From Actinomycetes bacterium (GTDB lineage Bacteria; Actinomycetota; Actinomycetes; JAHEKZ01), in NCBI GenBank assembly GCA_024644435.1, contig JAHEKZ010000002.1:36177-100176 (forward strand): a stretch of 64,000 bases of DNA, in the 5' to 3' direction. The position numbers were made by a program, and so were the translations under genes. The notes under the pieces are model-generated. The model was given only the letters and a program-made list of their open reading frames with translations. It had not been told where the DNA came from and did not search any database. Shown here piece after piece: positions 31,856 to 47,065 of the stretch. Position 1 is the stretch's first letter, and the number at the start of each line of letters is the position of its first letter.

Positions 31856-32445
31856 CCGATCTGCAGCAGGCACTTGCCTCGGCACCCGTGACCCAGTGGC
31901 CGCAACGTCTGGCGCTGACCCTGGTCGTGATCGCGATGATCGCCGCTGTGCTTGGCCTCATGCGCTGGGGCTGGGTGCGGCGTGCGCGTAGCCAAGCCGA
32001 TCTCGCACCCCTTCCGGCTGTTCCGGAACCTCCCGACCCGATGACATGTGTCGTCGTCGATGCGCGCTATCTAGGGGGAACTCGCTCGGGTGACTGGCTC
32101 GACCGCGTGGTGGTCCATGGGTTGGGGGTTCCCAGCCAGGCGCGAGTCCTTGTGACATCTGCCGCGGTCTGGATTCTGCGCTCCGGCGCCCCCGATCTGT
32201 ACCTGGTGTCGAGTGAGGTCGCCGGCGCCCGCCACGACCGCGGCATCGCCGGTCGCGCGTACGAGTCCGATGGTGTCGTCATCATCAGCTGGAGCCACCA
32301 GGGTCAGCTGATCGACCTCGGGTTGCGCGTGCGTGACGCAGCCTCCGCCGAGTCGCTGCGGGCGGCCGTCTCCGCGATGTCCGATCTGTCCATTGAGCAC
32401 GGCGCCACGGCGCTGTCGTCCACGACCCCCGGAGACCCAGCGTGA
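31852..32445 (+). CDS. conserved pyr-operon membrane protein of unknown function
   Basis: 197 aa with N-terminal TM. Same position as Rv1382-type genes between pyrC and carA. GTGA overlaps on both sides. Confidence 0.6.
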   Translation: MTDLQQALASAPVTQWPQRLALTLVVIAMIAAVLGLMRWGWVRRARSQADLAPLPAVPEPPDPMTCVVVDARYLGGTRSGDWLDRVVVHGLGVPSQARVLVTSAAVWILRSGAPDLYLVSSEVAGARHDRGIAGRAYESDGVVIISWSHQGQLIDLGLRVRDAASAESLRAAVSAMSDLSIEHGATALSSTTPGDPA

Positions 32446-33556
32446 CTGCACCCATCCCCGCCTTGCTGGTGCTCGAAGACGGTCGCGCATTCCGTGGCGA
32501 CTCGTTCGGGGCGACGGGTGAGACCTTCGGCGAGGCCGTCTTCTGTACGGCGATGACCGGCTACCAGGAGACGCTGACCGACCCGTCGTACCACCGTCAG
32601 GTGGTCATCCAGACGGCACCGCAGATCGGGAACACCGGTGTCAACGACGAGGACGACGAGTCATCGGCGATCTGGGTCAGCGGCTATGTCGTACGCGACC
32701 CGTCGCGCATCCGGTCCAACTGGCGGTCAACGGCCTCGCTCGGCGATCGACTGCGGCAAGAGGATGTCGTCGGCATCGCGGGCGTCGACACCCGGGCGCT
32801 CACCCGTCACCTGCGGGACCACGGCGCCATGCGCGTCGGGATCTCCACCGAGACCCACGAGCCTGAGGTGCTTCTCGAGCGGGTCAGGCAGAGCCCGGAC
32901 ATGGCCGGAGCCGATCTCAGCGAAGCGGTCTCCACCAAGGTGGCCTATACCGTGCCGGCGATCGGCGCTCGGCGTCACACGGTTGCGGCGATCGACCTGG
33001 GGATCAAGGCCATGACTCCGCGTCGGCTAGCCGAACGCGGTATCGAGGTCCATGTCTTGCCATCGAGCAGCACGATCGACGACGTCCTGGCTGTCGGCGC
33101 CGACGGGGTCTTCTTCAGCAACGGTCCGGGCGATCCTGCAACGGCCGATGGACCCGTTGCCCTGATGCAGCAGGTTCTGGAGCGAGCTCTACCGGTGTTC
33201 GGCATCTGTTTCGGGAACCAGGTGCTCGGACGAGCTCTGGGGTTCGGCACCTACAAGCTGAAGTACGGGCACCGAGGGATCAACCAGCCGGTGCAAGACC
33301 TGGCCACGGGTCGCGTCGAGATCAGTGCCCACAACCACGGGTTTGCCGTTGACGCCCCACGGGGGGCGGCCACAGCGACGCCCTTCGGACGTGCCGAGGT
33401 CAGCCATGTGTGTCTCAACGACGACGTCGTTGAGGGTCTGAGGCTGCTCGACGTTCCTGCCTTCAGCGTTCAGTACCACCCTGAGGCGGCAGCAGGGCCG
33501 CACGACTCCGCCTACCTCTTCGAGCGGTTCGAGGCCATGATGAGAGGGGAGCGCTG

Positions 33557-33557
<1 letters not shown>
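32442..33557 (+). CDS. carA: carbamoyl-phosphate synthase small (glutaminase) subunit
   Basis: 371 aa. GATase motifs (GICFGNQ, HNHG). Confidence 0.95.
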
Positions 33558-36840
<3,283 letters not shown>

Positions 36841-36844
<4 letters not shown>

Positions 36845-37701
36845 CACCAGTTCAGACGCGGGGCGAGGTGCTGAGCATGAGGCGGGTCGGTCAGTACCAC
36901 CAGCTCACGCTCGTCGCTCCCGGCGTCGCAGAGCAGGTCCGCCCAGGACACTTCGTCGCCATAGCGGTAGGCGGTGAGACCAGCGCCCATCTGCTTCGCC
37001 GAGCCTTTTCGGTCTACCGAACGCAGGACCGAGGGGTCTACGGGGGGACTGTTGACATCGTGTTCGCCGAGCACGGGGCGGGAACTCGCTGGTTGTCCCA
37101 CGTGCGACAGCATGATGTCGTCGACGTCGTTGGCCCATTGGGCAAGCCCTTCGCCCTGCCGAAGGAACCCGTGACCTGCACGATGGTCGGTGGAGGCTAC
37201 GGCAGTGCCCCGCTGTTCACGCTGGCCGAGCAGCTGCGCGAGCGAGGCTGTCGGGTCGACTTCGTCCTGGGCGCAGCGACCGAGAGCCGCCTGTTCGGGG
37301 TTCTTGAAGCCAAGCGCATGTCGCAGTCCGTGGCAGTGACCACGGAGGATGGGTCACTCGGAGACAGGGGCCGGGTCACTGATGTACTGCCCGGGCTGCT
37401 CGAGCGGACAGGCGCAGACGTCGTCTACGCCTGTGGACCCATGGGGATGCTGTCGGCGGTCGCGGACGTCGCGGCTCGCTTCGGTGCCCACTCGCAGTGC
37501 GCGGTGGAAGAGGCCATGGCGTGTGGCATCGGCGTCTGCATGACGTGCGTGCTGCCGGTGGTGGGTGATGATGGCGTGACCCGCATGGTTCGCTCCTGCG
37601 TCGATGGACCCGTCTTCCGGGGTGACCGGGTGCGGTGGAGCGACGTCGGCACCGTTCCGGCCGACACCTGGGGTGCTCCGGTGAGCGAAGGAGGGCACTG
37701 A
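36841..37701 (+). CDS. pyrK: dihydroorotate dehydrogenase electron-transfer subunit
   Basis: 286 aa. FAD/NAD-binding fold plus C-terminal 2Fe-2S Cys cluster (CGIGVCMTC...C). Confidence 0.85.
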
Positions 37702-38693
37702 TGACCCGGCTGACCCGAGTGATCACTCCAGAGAGCGCAGAGATCACGCTGCCCGACGTCGACATGTCGGCGCGGCTGGCCGGGGTCACGCTCCCCAATC
37801 CCGTCATGACGGCGTCAGGGTGCGCAGGCTATGGGCGAGAGCTCGACCAGTTCTTCGACATCACTGCATTGGGCGCCGTCGTCACGAAGTCGATCATGCT
37901 GCAGCCACGCTCGGGCCGGCCGACACCGCGCATGGCCGAGACCCCGGGCGGCATGCTCAACTCGATCGGACTGCAGGGACCGGGGATCGAGGAGTTCGTG
38001 GACCGTGACCTGAGGTGGCTCGAAGAGCGAGGTGCCCGTGTGGTCGTGTCGATCGCTGGAGGGTCGGCCGACGAGTATGTCCGACTTGCGCAACGGCTGA
38101 GGCACTCATCGGCAGTCACGGCCATCGAGGTCAACATCTCATGTCCGAATGTCGAGAACCGGGGGCTGGTCTTCGCGTGCGACCCGGTGGCGAGCTCGGT
38201 CGTGGTGGAAGGCGTTCGTCGGAACAGCGCCCCCGGCACTCCCGTGTTCGCCAAGCTGTCACCCGATGTGACTGACATCGTGGCCATTGCCAGGGCGTGC
38301 GTCGATGCCGGCGCCGACGGTCTCTCGATGATCAACACACTCCTGGGGGTGGTGATCGATACCGAGACGATGCGGCCCCACCTGGGGGGTGTCACCGGTG
38401 GGCTCTCCGGGCCGGCGATCAGGCCGGTGGCAGTCCGGGCTGTGTGGCAGGTGCATCAGGCACTCCCCGACATTCCGATTATCGGCATGGGAGGAATCCG
38501 CACGGGGGCGGACGCATTCGAGTTCATCTTGGCCGGTGCGTCTGCCGTCGAAGTGGGCACCACAGTGTTCAACGACCCTTCGGCACCGCTGAGGGTCGCG
38601 TACGAGCTGCAACGGCTCCTGGGAACCCGTGGGTTCGCATCGCTCGATGATGCCGTCGGCCACGCTCACCGCTCCGCTGACCAGCCGACATGA
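37701..38693 (+). CDS. pyrD: dihydroorotate dehydrogenase catalytic subunit (class 1B)
   Basis: ATG 37701 overlaps the pyrK stop. Motifs NPVMTASGCAGYG, GGIRTGADA. Confidence 0.9.
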   Translation: MTRLTRVITPESAEITLPDVDMSARLAGVTLPNPVMTASGCAGYGRELDQFFDITALGAVVTKSIMLQPRSGRPTPRMAETPGGMLNSIGLQGPGIEEFVDRDLRWLEERGARVVVSIAGGSADEYVRLAQRLRHSSAVTAIEVNISCPNVENRGLVFACDPVASSVVVEGVRRNSAPGTPVFAKLSPDVTDIVAIARACVDAGADGLSMINTLLGVVIDTETMRPHLGGVTGGLSGPAIRPVAVRAVWQVHQALPDIPIIGMGGIRTGADAFEFILAGASAVEVGTTVFNDPSAPLRVAYELQRLLGTRGFASLDDAVGHAHRSADQPT

Positions 38694-39391
38694 AAGAGTT
38701 CCTCACGCCGCCGATCGCGGTTGCGCTCGACGCACCAGACGTCGCGACGGCCGCTCTATGGGCTGCCGAGGTCGGGCCCCACGTCAGCACGCTCAAGCTC
38801 GGACTGCAGTTCTACCTTGCCGCGGGGGCTGACGGGGTCTTCCAGGTGCGGGCGTCCGCCCCCGACTGTCGGCTCTTCCTCGACCTGAAGCTGCATGACA
38901 TCCCCAACACCGTGGCTGGCGCCTGCGGTGCGGTCGCCGACCTCGCACCCGACTTCCTCACGGTCCACGCCCTGGGCGGGCCGGCCATGGTCTCCGCGGC
39001 GGCCGAGGCGCTTCCCGGTACGCGCATCACCGCAGTCACGGTGCTCACGTCCATGTCACCAGCCGACCTTCTGGCAGTGGGCCTTCAGGGGAGTCCCGAG
39101 GACGCCGTCCGGCGTCTCGCTGAGCTGGCAGTGGGGGCTGGTGCCCGAGCGCTCGTGTGTTCCCCCCACGAGGTCGCCGCGGTCCGTTCAGCCGTTGGCG
39201 ATGATGTCGTGCTGGTGACGCCGGGAGTACGGCCCCCCGGGGCCGAGGTGGGCGACCAGAAGCGCGTGGCAAGCCCTCGGCAGGCCTTGTCAGATGGTGC
39301 CGATCTGCTCGTGGTCGGGCGTCCGATCACCGGCGCCGATGACCGGGCTGCGGCCGCCGTTGCACTGTTGGCTGAAGACCTCCCCGCATGA
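38690..39391 (+). CDS. pyrF: orotidine 5'-phosphate decarboxylase
   Basis: 233-aa long actinobacterial-type OMPdecase (VALDAPD, DLKLHDIPNT). Confidence 0.9.
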   Translation: MKEFLTPPIAVALDAPDVATAALWAAEVGPHVSTLKLGLQFYLAAGADGVFQVRASAPDCRLFLDLKLHDIPNTVAGACGAVADLAPDFLTVHALGGPAMVSAAAEALPGTRITAVTVLTSMSPADLLAVGLQGSPEDAVRRLAELAVGAGARALVCSPHEVAAVRSAVGDDVVLVTPGVRPPGAEVGDQKRVASPRQALSDGADLLVVGRPITGADDRAAAAVALLAEDLPA

Positions 39392-39507
39392 CCGACGTTG
39401 CCCCGACCGGGCTGCAGTCGCTAGGTTCGGTGCCGTCCCGACGATCGACCACGATCGGCTGCTAACCAGCCGATCCCGGTCTCGTCACCGCCGACCGAAG
39501 GTGCGCC

Positions 39508-39864
39508 GTGGCTCTTCCTCCGTTGACTCCAGAACAACGTGCAGCGGCATTGGAGAAGGCCGCGGAGGCGCGTCGGGTGCGGGCCGAGGTGAAGAACCGG
39601 CTGAAGCACTCAGGTGCCTCTTTGTTCGATGTGATCGACCAAGGCCGCACCGACGACATCATCGGCAAGATGAAGGTATCGGCATTGCTGGAGTCACTTC
39701 CTGGCGTCGGCAAGGTACGGGCGCGCCAGCTCATGGAGAAGATCGGCATCTCAGAGAGTCGTCGCGTCCGGGGGTTGGGGGCCAACCAGGTGGCCGCGCT
39801 TCGCCGTGAGTTCCCGACCGGCTCTGCCCGGGCCCAGCAGCTCGGAGCGAGCCAACAGCAGTGA
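39508..39864 (+). CDS. mihF: integration host factor (actinobacterial mIHF)
   Basis: GTG start. 118 aa ([18 protein letters not shown]...[13 protein letters not shown]). Confidence 0.8.
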   Translation: MALPPLTPEQRAAALEKAAEARRVRAEVKNRLKHSGASLFDVIDQGRTDDIIGKMKVSALLESLPGVGKVRARQLMEKIGISESRRVRGLGANQVAALRREFPTGSARAQQLGASQQQ

Positions 39865-40472
39865 GCCTGCACCATCCAGGGACTGCCCCAGAACGGTCCC
39901 GTTTGACGGTGTTGTCCGGGCCTTCGGGTGTCGGCAAGAGCACTGTGGTGGCGCGGTTGAGGGCCACGCATCCTGAGATCTGGCAGTCCGTTTCTGTCAC
40001 CACTCGCCGCCCCCGACCCGGCGAAGTAGCCGGGCTGCACTACCTCTTCTGCGACGAGGAGGAGTTCGACGAGGCCATCAGGTCCGGCGACCTGCTGGAG
40101 TGGGCCGAGTTCGCCGGTCACCGGTACGGGACGCCCCGTGCCCCGGTCCTGGAGCGACTGCGGCACGGTGACCCGGTTCTGCTCGAAATCGAGCTCGAAG
40201 GGGCCCGACAGGTCAGGAAAGCCATGCCTGAGGCCCTGCTGGTCTTCCTGGCGCCGCCGTCGTGGGAGGTCCTGGCCAAGCGCCTCACCGGACGCGGCAC
40301 CGAGGACGAGGTCGTCATCGCCCGCCGCCTGGCCAGGGCCAAGGTCGAGCTGGCGGCCGCGTCAGAGTTCGATGTGACACTCGAGAACCGTGATGTTCAC
40401 GATGTGTGCGAGCGCTTGGTAGCATTGATGGAGTCCGACGAGGACTCAGCACCCCCACCCTCAGATCTGTAG
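39861..40472 (+). CDS. gmk: guanylate kinase
   Basis: GTG start. P-loop GPSGVGKST. Confidence 0.95.
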   Translation: MSLHHPGTAPERSRLTVLSGPSGVGKSTVVARLRATHPEIWQSVSVTTRRPRPGEVAGLHYLFCDEEEFDEAIRSGDLLEWAEFAGHRYGTPRAPVLERLRHGDPVLLEIELEGARQVRKAMPEALLVFLAPPSWEVLAKRLTGRGTEDEVVIARRLARAKVELAAASEFDVTLENRDVHDVCERLVALMESDEDSAPPPSDL

Positions 40473-40480
40473 GAGTTCGT

Positions 40481-40801
40481 GTGTCCGGAGTCACCGGTGT
40501 TCCCGAGGGAATCACCAACCCCCCGATCGACGAGCTGCTGACCAAGGTCGACTCCAAGTACGCCCTTGTCCTCTACTCGGCCAAGCGGGCGCGACAGATC
40601 AACGCCTACTACTCCCAGCTCGGTGAGGGCCTCCTCGAGTACGTCGGACCTCTGGTCGACACGCACGTCCAGGAGAAGCCGCTCTCGATCGCCATGCGCG
40701 AGATCAACGCCGACCTGTTGACCCACGAGCGCATCGACGGTCCGCTCGACGGCGAAGCGCTCAGCCCCACCACGCCGCGCCCTGACAAGACCGACAGCTG
40801 A
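40481..40801 (+). CDS. rpoZ: DNA-directed RNA polymerase subunit omega
   Basis: GTG 40481, 6 nt after [19 protein letters not shown] motif. The track ORF beginning at 40406 overlaps gmk and is an over-extension. Confidence 0.85.
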   Translation: MSGVTGVPEGITNPPIDELLTKVDSKYALVLYSAKRARQINAYYSQLGEGLLEYVGPLVDTHVQEKPLSIAMREINADLLTHERIDGPLDGEALSPTTPRPDKTDS

Positions 40802-40822
40802 CCTCGGCTGCCGCACCCGCCG

Positions 40823-42025
40823 ATGTCTCGCATCGTTCTCGGGGTTGCTGGGGGGATCGCCGCCTACAAGAGCTGCGATCTCCTGCGTCGGCTGACCGAG
40901 ACGGGGCACGACGTCCGGGTCGTCCCCACGGCCACCGCCCTGCAGTTCGTCGGGGCAGCCACCTGGGCGGCGCTGTCGGGCAAGCCGGTCTCGGCCGACC
41001 TGATGGACGACGTCCACGAGGTGCCCCACGTCAGGATCGGCCAGGAGGCTGATCTGGTGGTCGTGGCTCCTGCTACGGCCAACCTGCTGGCGAAGGCGGC
41101 GCACGGACTGGCCGACGACCTCCTGACGAACGTCCTGCTCACCGCTCGGTGCCCAATTGTCATGGTTCCGGCCATGCACACCGAGATGTGGGAGCACCCG
41201 GCCACTGCCGACAATGTGGCGACCCTCCGTCGTCGGGGCATCCTGGTGGTGGAGCCCGCCGAAGGTCGTCTGACCGGGACCGACAGCGGCAAGGGCCGGA
41301 TGCCCGAACCGGCCGCGATCCTCTCGATCATCGAGCAGACACTGGGTCGCCCGGCCGACGGTCTCGACCTTGCCGGTAAGCACGTCGTCGTCTCGGCGGG
41401 TGGCACCCGCGAGTCGATCGACCCAGTCCGTTTCATGGGCAATCGCAGCAGCGGGCGCCAGGGCTACGCGCTGGCGTCTTCGGCCGCGGCTCGCGGGGCT
41501 CACGTCACCCTGGTGGCCGCCAACGTTGAGCTGCCGACTCCAGCAGGGGTCACCGTGATCCCCGTCGTGACAGCCGAAGAGCTGAAGAACGAGGTGTTGT
41601 CGCGAGCCCGAGCGGCGGACGCCGTGGTGATGGCGGCTGCAGTCGCCGACTTCCGGCCGAGCGCGTCAGCAGAGCACAAGCTGAAGAAGGGCGAGGGGGC
41701 GCCCACGGTGGTTCTCGAGCCGACCGACGACGTTCTTGCGGCGCTGGTTGCGGGCCGACCCGACCACCAGGTAGTCGTAGGTTTCGCGGCCGAGACCGGA
41801 GACGAGCGCGCCACCTGGCTCGAGCTCGGCCGCGAGAAGCTGGCCAGGAAGGGATGCGACCTGCTCGTGGTGAACCAGGTCGGTGAGGCAATGGCGTTCG
41901 GAACCGAGGACAACGCTGCCGTGGTCCTCGACCGCGAGGGCAACGAGACGGTCGTCTCGACCGGCCCCAAGCTCGCCCTGGCCCATGTTGTCTGGGATCT
42001 GGTCCGCAGCAGATGGAGTGACTGA
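40823..42025 (+). CDS. coaBC: bifunctional phosphopantothenoylcysteine decarboxylase / phosphopantothenate-cysteine ligase
   Basis: 400 aa. Flavoprotein N-domain ([11 protein letters not shown]) plus DFP C-domain. Confidence 0.9.
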   Translation: MSRIVLGVAGGIAAYKSCDLLRRLTETGHDVRVVPTATALQFVGAATWAALSGKPVSADLMDDVHEVPHVRIGQEADLVVVAPATANLLAKAAHGLADDLLTNVLLTARCPIVMVPAMHTEMWEHPATADNVATLRRRGILVVEPAEGRLTGTDSGKGRMPEPAAILSIIEQTLGRPADGLDLAGKHVVVSAGGTRESIDPVRFMGNRSSGRQGYALASSAAARGAHVTLVAANVELPTPAGVTVIPVVTAEELKNEVLSRARAADAVVMAAAVADFRPSASAEHKLKKGEGAPTVVLEPTDDVLAALVAGRPDHQVVVGFAAETGDERATWLELGREKLARKGCDLLVVNQVGEAMAFGTEDNAAVVLDREGNETVVSTGPKLALAHVVWDLVRSRWSD

Positions 42026-42107
42026 GCACGCCCCGCCCCGGGTCCCGCTCGCAGTCACTAGACTTCCGGCGACCGCGCCGTCGACAACCGCAAGGAGCGC
42101 ACTCGTC

Positions 42108-43298
42108 GTGACAGGCCGACTCTTCACCTCCGAGTCAGTGACCGAGGGTCACCCGGACAAGATTGCCGACCAGATCAGTGACACGATCCTCGACGCCCTG
42201 CTGAAGGACGACCCCCACAGCCGAGTGGCCGTCGAAACTCTCGTGACCACCGGACTCGTCCACGTGGCGGGGGAGGTCACGACATCCGCGTACGCCGACA
42301 TCCCCGGACTGGTTCGAGACAAGGTGCTGGCGATCGGCTACGACTCCAGCAAGAAGGGGTTCGACGGGGGCTCGTGCGGAGTCTCGGTGTCGATCGGGGC
42401 GCAGTCGCCCGACATCGCTCAGGGAGTTGACGACGCCTACGAAGAGCGGCACGACCACTCAGACGACCCGCTCGACCGCCAAGGGGCCGGTGACCAGGGA
42501 CTGATGTTCGGGTTCGCCTGCGATGAGACACCTGAGCTGATGCCGCTACCGATAACGATTGCGCACCGCCTGGCGCAGCGGCTGGCCGAGGTGCGTCGCG
42601 AAGGTCAGATTCCCTACCTGCGCCCTGACGGCAAGACCCAGGTCACCATCGAGTACGACGGAGACCGTCCCGTGCGCGTCAACACCGTCGTCGTCTCGAC
42701 CCAGCACGCCAGTGATATCGACCTGGAGACCCTGCTTCAGCCAGACGTCGAAGAGCTGGTCATCGCGCCGACCCTCGCGGCCTTCGAGATCGAGTCCGGT
42801 GACCACCGAACCCTGGTCAACCCCACCGGGCGCTTCGAGGTCGGTGGACCCATGGGCGATGCCGGTCTGACCGGACGGAAGATCATCATCGACACCTACG
42901 GCGGCATGGCGCGCCACGGCGGAGGTGCCTTCTCGGGCAAGGACCCGAGCAAGGTCGACCGCTCGGCCGCCTACGCCATGCGCTGGGTTGCCAAGAACGT
43001 GGTGGCCGGAGGCCTGGCTCGCCGGTGTGAGGTGCAGGTGGCGTACGCCATCGGCAAGGCACATCCGGTTGGCCTCTTCGTCGAGACCTTCGGAACGGGA
43101 ACCGTGTCGGACGAGACCATCCAGAAGGCCGTTCTCGAGGTGTTCGACCTCAGGCCGGCCGCCATCATCAGTGCGCTGGACCTGCTCCGACCGATCTACA
43201 GTCAGACGGCCGCCTACGGTCACTTCGGGCGAGACCTGCCCGACTTCTCTTGGGAGCGGACCGACCGGGCCGACGCCTTGGTTGCTGCTGCCTCCTGA
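42108..43298 (+). CDS. metK: S-adenosylmethionine synthetase
   Basis: GTG 42108 after AGGAG. Motifs [27 protein letters not shown]. The track ORF beginning at 41883 is over-extended. Confidence 0.95.
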   Translation: MTGRLFTSESVTEGHPDKIADQISDTILDALLKDDPHSRVAVETLVTTGLVHVAGEVTTSAYADIPGLVRDKVLAIGYDSSKKGFDGGSCGVSVSIGAQSPDIAQGVDDAYEERHDHSDDPLDRQGAGDQGLMFGFACDETPELMPLPITIAHRLAQRLAEVRREGQIPYLRPDGKTQVTIEYDGDRPVRVNTVVVSTQHASDIDLETLLQPDVEELVIAPTLAAFEIESGDHRTLVNPTGRFEVGGPMGDAGLTGRKIIIDTYGGMARHGGGAFSGKDPSKVDRSAAYAMRWVAKNVVAGGLARRCEVQVAYAIGKAHPVGLFVETFGTGTVSDETIQKAVLEVFDLRPAAIISALDLLRPIYSQTAAYGHFGRDLPDFSWERTDRADALVAAAS

Positions 43299-43369
43299 CC
43301 ACCGTGAGCCTCGCCCCATGACGGCGATCGCGAGCGGCTCCGTCGGTTGCGTCGGGTAGAACTTCCACT

Positions 43370-45460
43370 GTGTCCCCTGACGAGAGCCAGCTGAGCCTCA
43401 CCGACCTGCCGCCTGCGCAGGCACGGCGTCGGGCGGCTCGGGCCCGCAGGTCCGGACCCCGTGCAGCACCGGCGATGGCGCAGTCACTCCCGGTGGCCAG
43501 GGTGGCCGTCGACATCTCGCTGCCCCACCTCGATCGACTCTTTGACTATGCCGTCACCGAGACCCAGAGCGAGAAGGCGCAACCTGGTGTCCGGGTCCGG
43601 GTGCGGTTTGCCGGACAGCTGGTCGACGGGTACGTCATCGAGCGCGTGGCGTCCAGCGCACACGAGGGCCGGTTGGCCCGGTTGACGTCCGTGGTCTCTG
43701 CCGAGCCGGTACTCACCCCCGAGATCGCCGCCCTGTCACGTACGGTGGCCGACCGCTACGCAGGAACCATGTCCGACGTGCTGCGCCTGGCGGTGCCTCC
43801 GCGTCATGCGGCGGCTGAACGAGCGGCACCGAAGGCGGTGCAGTCCGGGGCATCGTGTGCGCTGCTGTCACCCACCGCGTCCGCCCTGCCCCCTGACGAC
43901 CGTGCCACCTCTGAGTGGGACGCCTTCGCGCGCGGACCCGGCCTGCTCGATGCCCTGGGCGACGGGAGGTCGCCACGGGCTGCCTGGTCTGCCCTTCCGG
44001 GGCTGGTCGCTTCTCGCCCGCGTTGGACAACCGCCGTTGCCGAAGCGCTGCAGGCGGTGAACCGTTCGGGACGCGGCGCTGTGGTGGTGGTTCCCGACAC
44101 CCGTGACGTCGACCTCGTGCAGTCCGCATTGTCGGCTGCTGGAATCGAGTCGGCCGCCTTGACGGCTGACCTCGGGCCACGTGAGCGCTACCGGCGCTGG
44201 GTGAGTGTGCTGAGAGGGGCGTCGCGGTTCGTCGTGGGAACGCGGGCGGCCGTCTACGCCCCCGTGCGGCACCTGGGGCTGATCGTGGTCTGGGACGACG
44301 GCGACGACCTGCACGCCGACCCGCGCGCCCCCTACCCCCACGTTCGTGAGGTTGCAGCGCTCCGGGCCCACCAGACCGGTTCGGGCCTGATCGTCGGGGG
44401 CTATCTGCGCACTGCTGAGTCGGCTGCGCTCGTCGAACGTCGGTTCCTGCAGTCGCTTGAGCCCGATCGCACCGAGGTACGCCGTGCGTCCCCCCGCGTC
44501 CGGGCAAGCAGCGACGCCGTGTCAGGTGATGACCCGGTGGCATCGGCGGCCCGGCTGCCGACCAACGCTTGGCAGGTAGCCCACGAGGCGCTGAAGCACG
44601 GCCCGGTCCTCGTGCAGGTTCCGCGCAAGGGGTACGTCCCACGGGTGGCGTGCGAGAGGTGCCGTCATCCTGCCCGATGCCCCTCGTGTCAGGGGCCTCT
44701 TCAGGTGCTCGAGGGTCAACGCACACCGGTCTGCCTCTGGTGCGCGGCTTCAGCCAGTCCATGGCGCTGTCCAGAGTGCGGCAGTGATCGACTGCGGGCA
44801 GCAGTGATCGGCGCCAACCGAACAGCCGAAGAGCTGGGGCGGGCGTTCCCCGGAACGCCGGTGCTGGCATCGGGTGGGCGTTCGGTTCGCCGCGAGGTCA
44901 CCGGCGAGGCGGCGCTGGTGGTGGCCACCCCTGGTGCCGAGCCGATCGCACCCGATGGGTATGCCGCAGCCCTGCTGCTCGACACCTGGGCGCTGCTAGG
45001 GCGTGCAGACCTGCGGGCGGCCGAAGAGGCCCTTCGGCGATGGATGGCGGCCGCCGCCCTCGTGCGTGGGTCGACAGCCGGTGGACGAGTGGTGCTGGTC
45101 GGCGAGGCATCCCTGCGCCCGGTACAGGCTCTGGTGCGCTGGGACCCTGTTCGATTTGCCGAGGCCGAGCTCGTCGACCGTGGTGCCGTCGGTCTGCCAC
45201 CGGCGGTGCGGATCGCCGTTCTGACAGGCGCAGCGGCGGACGTCCATGACCTGCTGGGGCGCTGCCAGCTGCCCGTCGGCACCGAGCAGATTGGCCCGGT
45301 CGCCCTGCCGGACGAGGGTGAGCAGCAGGTCATTCTCCGGGTCGAAGCCGGGGCGGGGGCTGAGCTCGCCTCCGCTATCGCGAAAGCGCAGGGTGAGCGA
45401 AGTGTCCGCAAGGACCACGGTCGCGTCTCGGTCCACATCGACCCGGCCCGGTTCGGATGA
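43370..45460 (+). CDS. priA: primosomal protein N' (PriA homologue; no Walker A/B motifs recognised)
   Basis: 696 aa. N-terminal 3'-DNA-binding domain and Cys4 zinc-binding region (CERCRH...CPSCQG...CLWC...CPECG). No GxxGxGK[ST] found; the DExH position reads VVWDDGDD. Confidence 0.85.
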   Translation: MSPDESQLSLTDLPPAQARRRAARARRSGPRAAPAMAQSLPVARVAVDISLPHLDRLFDYAVTETQSEKAQPGVRVRVRFAGQLVDGYVIERVASSAHEGRLARLTSVVSAEPVLTPEIAALSRTVADRYAGTMSDVLRLAVPPRHAAAERAAPKAVQSGASCALLSPTASALPPDDRATSEWDAFARGPGLLDALGDGRSPRAAWSALPGLVASRPRWTTAVAEALQAVNRSGRGAVVVVPDTRDVDLVQSALSAAGIESAALTADLGPRERYRRWVSVLRGASRFVVGTRAAVYAPVRHLGLIVVWDDGDDLHADPRAPYPHVREVAALRAHQTGSGLIVGGYLRTAESAALVERRFLQSLEPDRTEVRRASPRVRASSDAVSGDDPVASAARLPTNAWQVAHEALKHGPVLVQVPRKGYVPRVACERCRHPARCPSCQGPLQVLEGQRTPVCLWCAASASPWRCPECGSDRLRAAVIGANRTAEELGRAFPGTPVLASGGRSVRREVTGEAALVVATPGAEPIAPDGYAAALLLDTWALLGRADLRAAEEALRRWMAAAALVRGSTAGGRVVLVGEASLRPVQALVRWDPVRFAEAELVDRGAVGLPPAVRIAVLTGAAADVHDLLGRCQLPVGTEQIGPVALPDEGEQQVILRVEAGAGAELASAIAKAQGERSVRKDHGRVSVHIDPARFG

Positions 45461-45544
45461 CGAGGTCGTCGGCTTCGCCCCAGGTAGGGGCCGCCTAGAC
45501 TGAGGGGGAGTTTCCTCGCACCTCGATCGTCCGGGAGTTCGGTC

Positions 45545-46090
45545 ATGTCTGTCCAAGAGATCCGCCTGTTCGGCGATCCGGTTCTTCGCATGCCGGCGCA
45601 ACCGGTGGTCGACTTCGACAAAGAGCTCCGCACGCTCGTCAAGGACCTCACTGAGACGATGCTGGACGCGCCCGGACTCGGGCTGGCCGCGCCACAGATC
45701 GGTGTCTCGCTGCGGGTCTTCACCTACGACGTCGACGACGAGGTGGGGCACCTGATCAACCCCGTGCTCGACCTGTCGGACGACGAGCAGTTCGGTGAGG
45801 AAGGGTGCCTTTCGCTTCCTGGGCTCACGTTCGACTGTCGCAGGGCGTTTGGCGTTGTGGCCAAGGGATTCAACATGCACGGCGATCCGGTCGTGATCGA
45901 GGGAACCGAGCTGCTCGCCCGTTGTGTCCAGCATGAGACCGACCACCTCGACGGGATCATCTTCATCGACCGACTCGACCCTGAGCAGCACAAGGCTGCA
46001 CTGAGAGCCATTCGCGAAGCAGACTGGGCCGGGGGGCCGGCACCGACCATCAAGGCCAGCCCGCACGCGACCCGCGGCCTTGCCCTCTAG
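45545..46090 (+). CDS. def: peptide deformylase
   Basis: Motifs GLAAPQIG, EGCLSLPG, HETDHLDG. Confidence 0.95.
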   Translation: MSVQEIRLFGDPVLRMPAQPVVDFDKELRTLVKDLTETMLDAPGLGLAAPQIGVSLRVFTYDVDDEVGHLINPVLDLSDDEQFGEEGCLSLPGLTFDCRRAFGVVAKGFNMHGDPVVIEGTELLARCVQHETDHLDGIIFIDRLDPEQHKAALRAIREADWAGGPAPTIKASPHATRGLAL

Positions 46091-46105
46091 GCGCCGGCTC
46101 ACTCG

Positions 46106-47065
46106 ATGCGCCTGGTGTTCGCCGGAACCCCCGACCCGGCTTGTCGCTCCCTTGAGCGGCTGGTGGCGTCACGGCACAGCGTCGTCGCCGTCATCACCAG
46201 GCCGGACGCGCGCCGCGGACGTGGGCGGGCCTTGAGCTCCTCTCCGGTTGCTGACCTCGCCACCGATCTTGGCATCCCGGTCATGCGCCCGACCACACTC
46301 CGTGAGCCCTCGCTGGTCGATGACCTCGCCGCGCTCGAGCCGGACTGCTGTCCGGTGGTGGCCTACGGCGGACTCGTTCCCCCAGGCCTGCTCGCGCTGC
46401 CGCGTCACGGGTGGGTCAACCTGCACTTCTCGTTGCTGCCGTCGTGGCGTGGCGCCGCTCCGGTGCAGCACGCGATTCTGCACGGAGACGATGTCACGGG
46501 CGCGTCCACCTTCCGTCTCACAGAGGGTCTGGACACCGGGCCCGTGTACGGAACCGTCACCGAGTCGATCGGCCCCGACGACGCGTCGGGTGACCTGCTC
46601 AACCGGCTGGCAGTGGCCGGAGCCGAGCTGCTGGTGCGCACCCTTGACGGGATCGAGGACGGCTCTCTTAGCCCGGTCGAACAGTCAGCCGATGGCGTCA
46701 GCCTGGCACCCAAGCTGACGGTTGACGATGCTCGTGTGCGCTGGTTCGAGCCGGCGTTAGCCGTGGACCGACGCATCAGGGCCTGCTCTCCCGAGCCTGG
46801 GGCGTGGACCGAGCGCGCAGGCGAACGGCTGGGTGTGCGCCAGGTACGCCTGGTCACCCCTGCGGGTCCGGCCGATCCGCTGTGGAACACATCCGAGCCG
46901 CTGGCGGCGGGGACGGTGCGCGTCACCAAGCGGGCCGTTTTCGTGGGAACGGGTTCGGTCCCCGTGCAGCTCGAGCAGGTGCAGCCAGCGGGGAAGAACG
47001 TCATGGCGGCGGCCGACTGGGCGCGTGGTGCCCGGCTGGTTGATGGCGAGACCCTCGGTGGCTGA
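46106..47065 (+). CDS. fmt: methionyl-tRNA formyltransferase
   Basis: 319 aa. N-terminal formyltransferase domain ([20 protein letters not shown]). Confidence 0.95.
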   Translation: MRLVFAGTPDPACRSLERLVASRHSVVAVITRPDARRGRGRALSSSPVADLATDLGIPVMRPTTLREPSLVDDLAALEPDCCPVVAYGGLVPPGLLALPRHGWVNLHFSLLPSWRGAAPVQHAILHGDDVTGASTFRLTEGLDTGPVYGTVTESIGPDDASGDLLNRLAVAGAELLVRTLDGIEDGSLSPVEQSADGVSLAPKLTVDDARVRWFEPALAVDRRIRACSPEPGAWTERAGERLGVRQVRLVTPAGPADPLWNTSEPLAAGTVRVTKRAVFVGTGSVPVQLEQVQPAGKNVMAAADWARGARLVDGETLGG

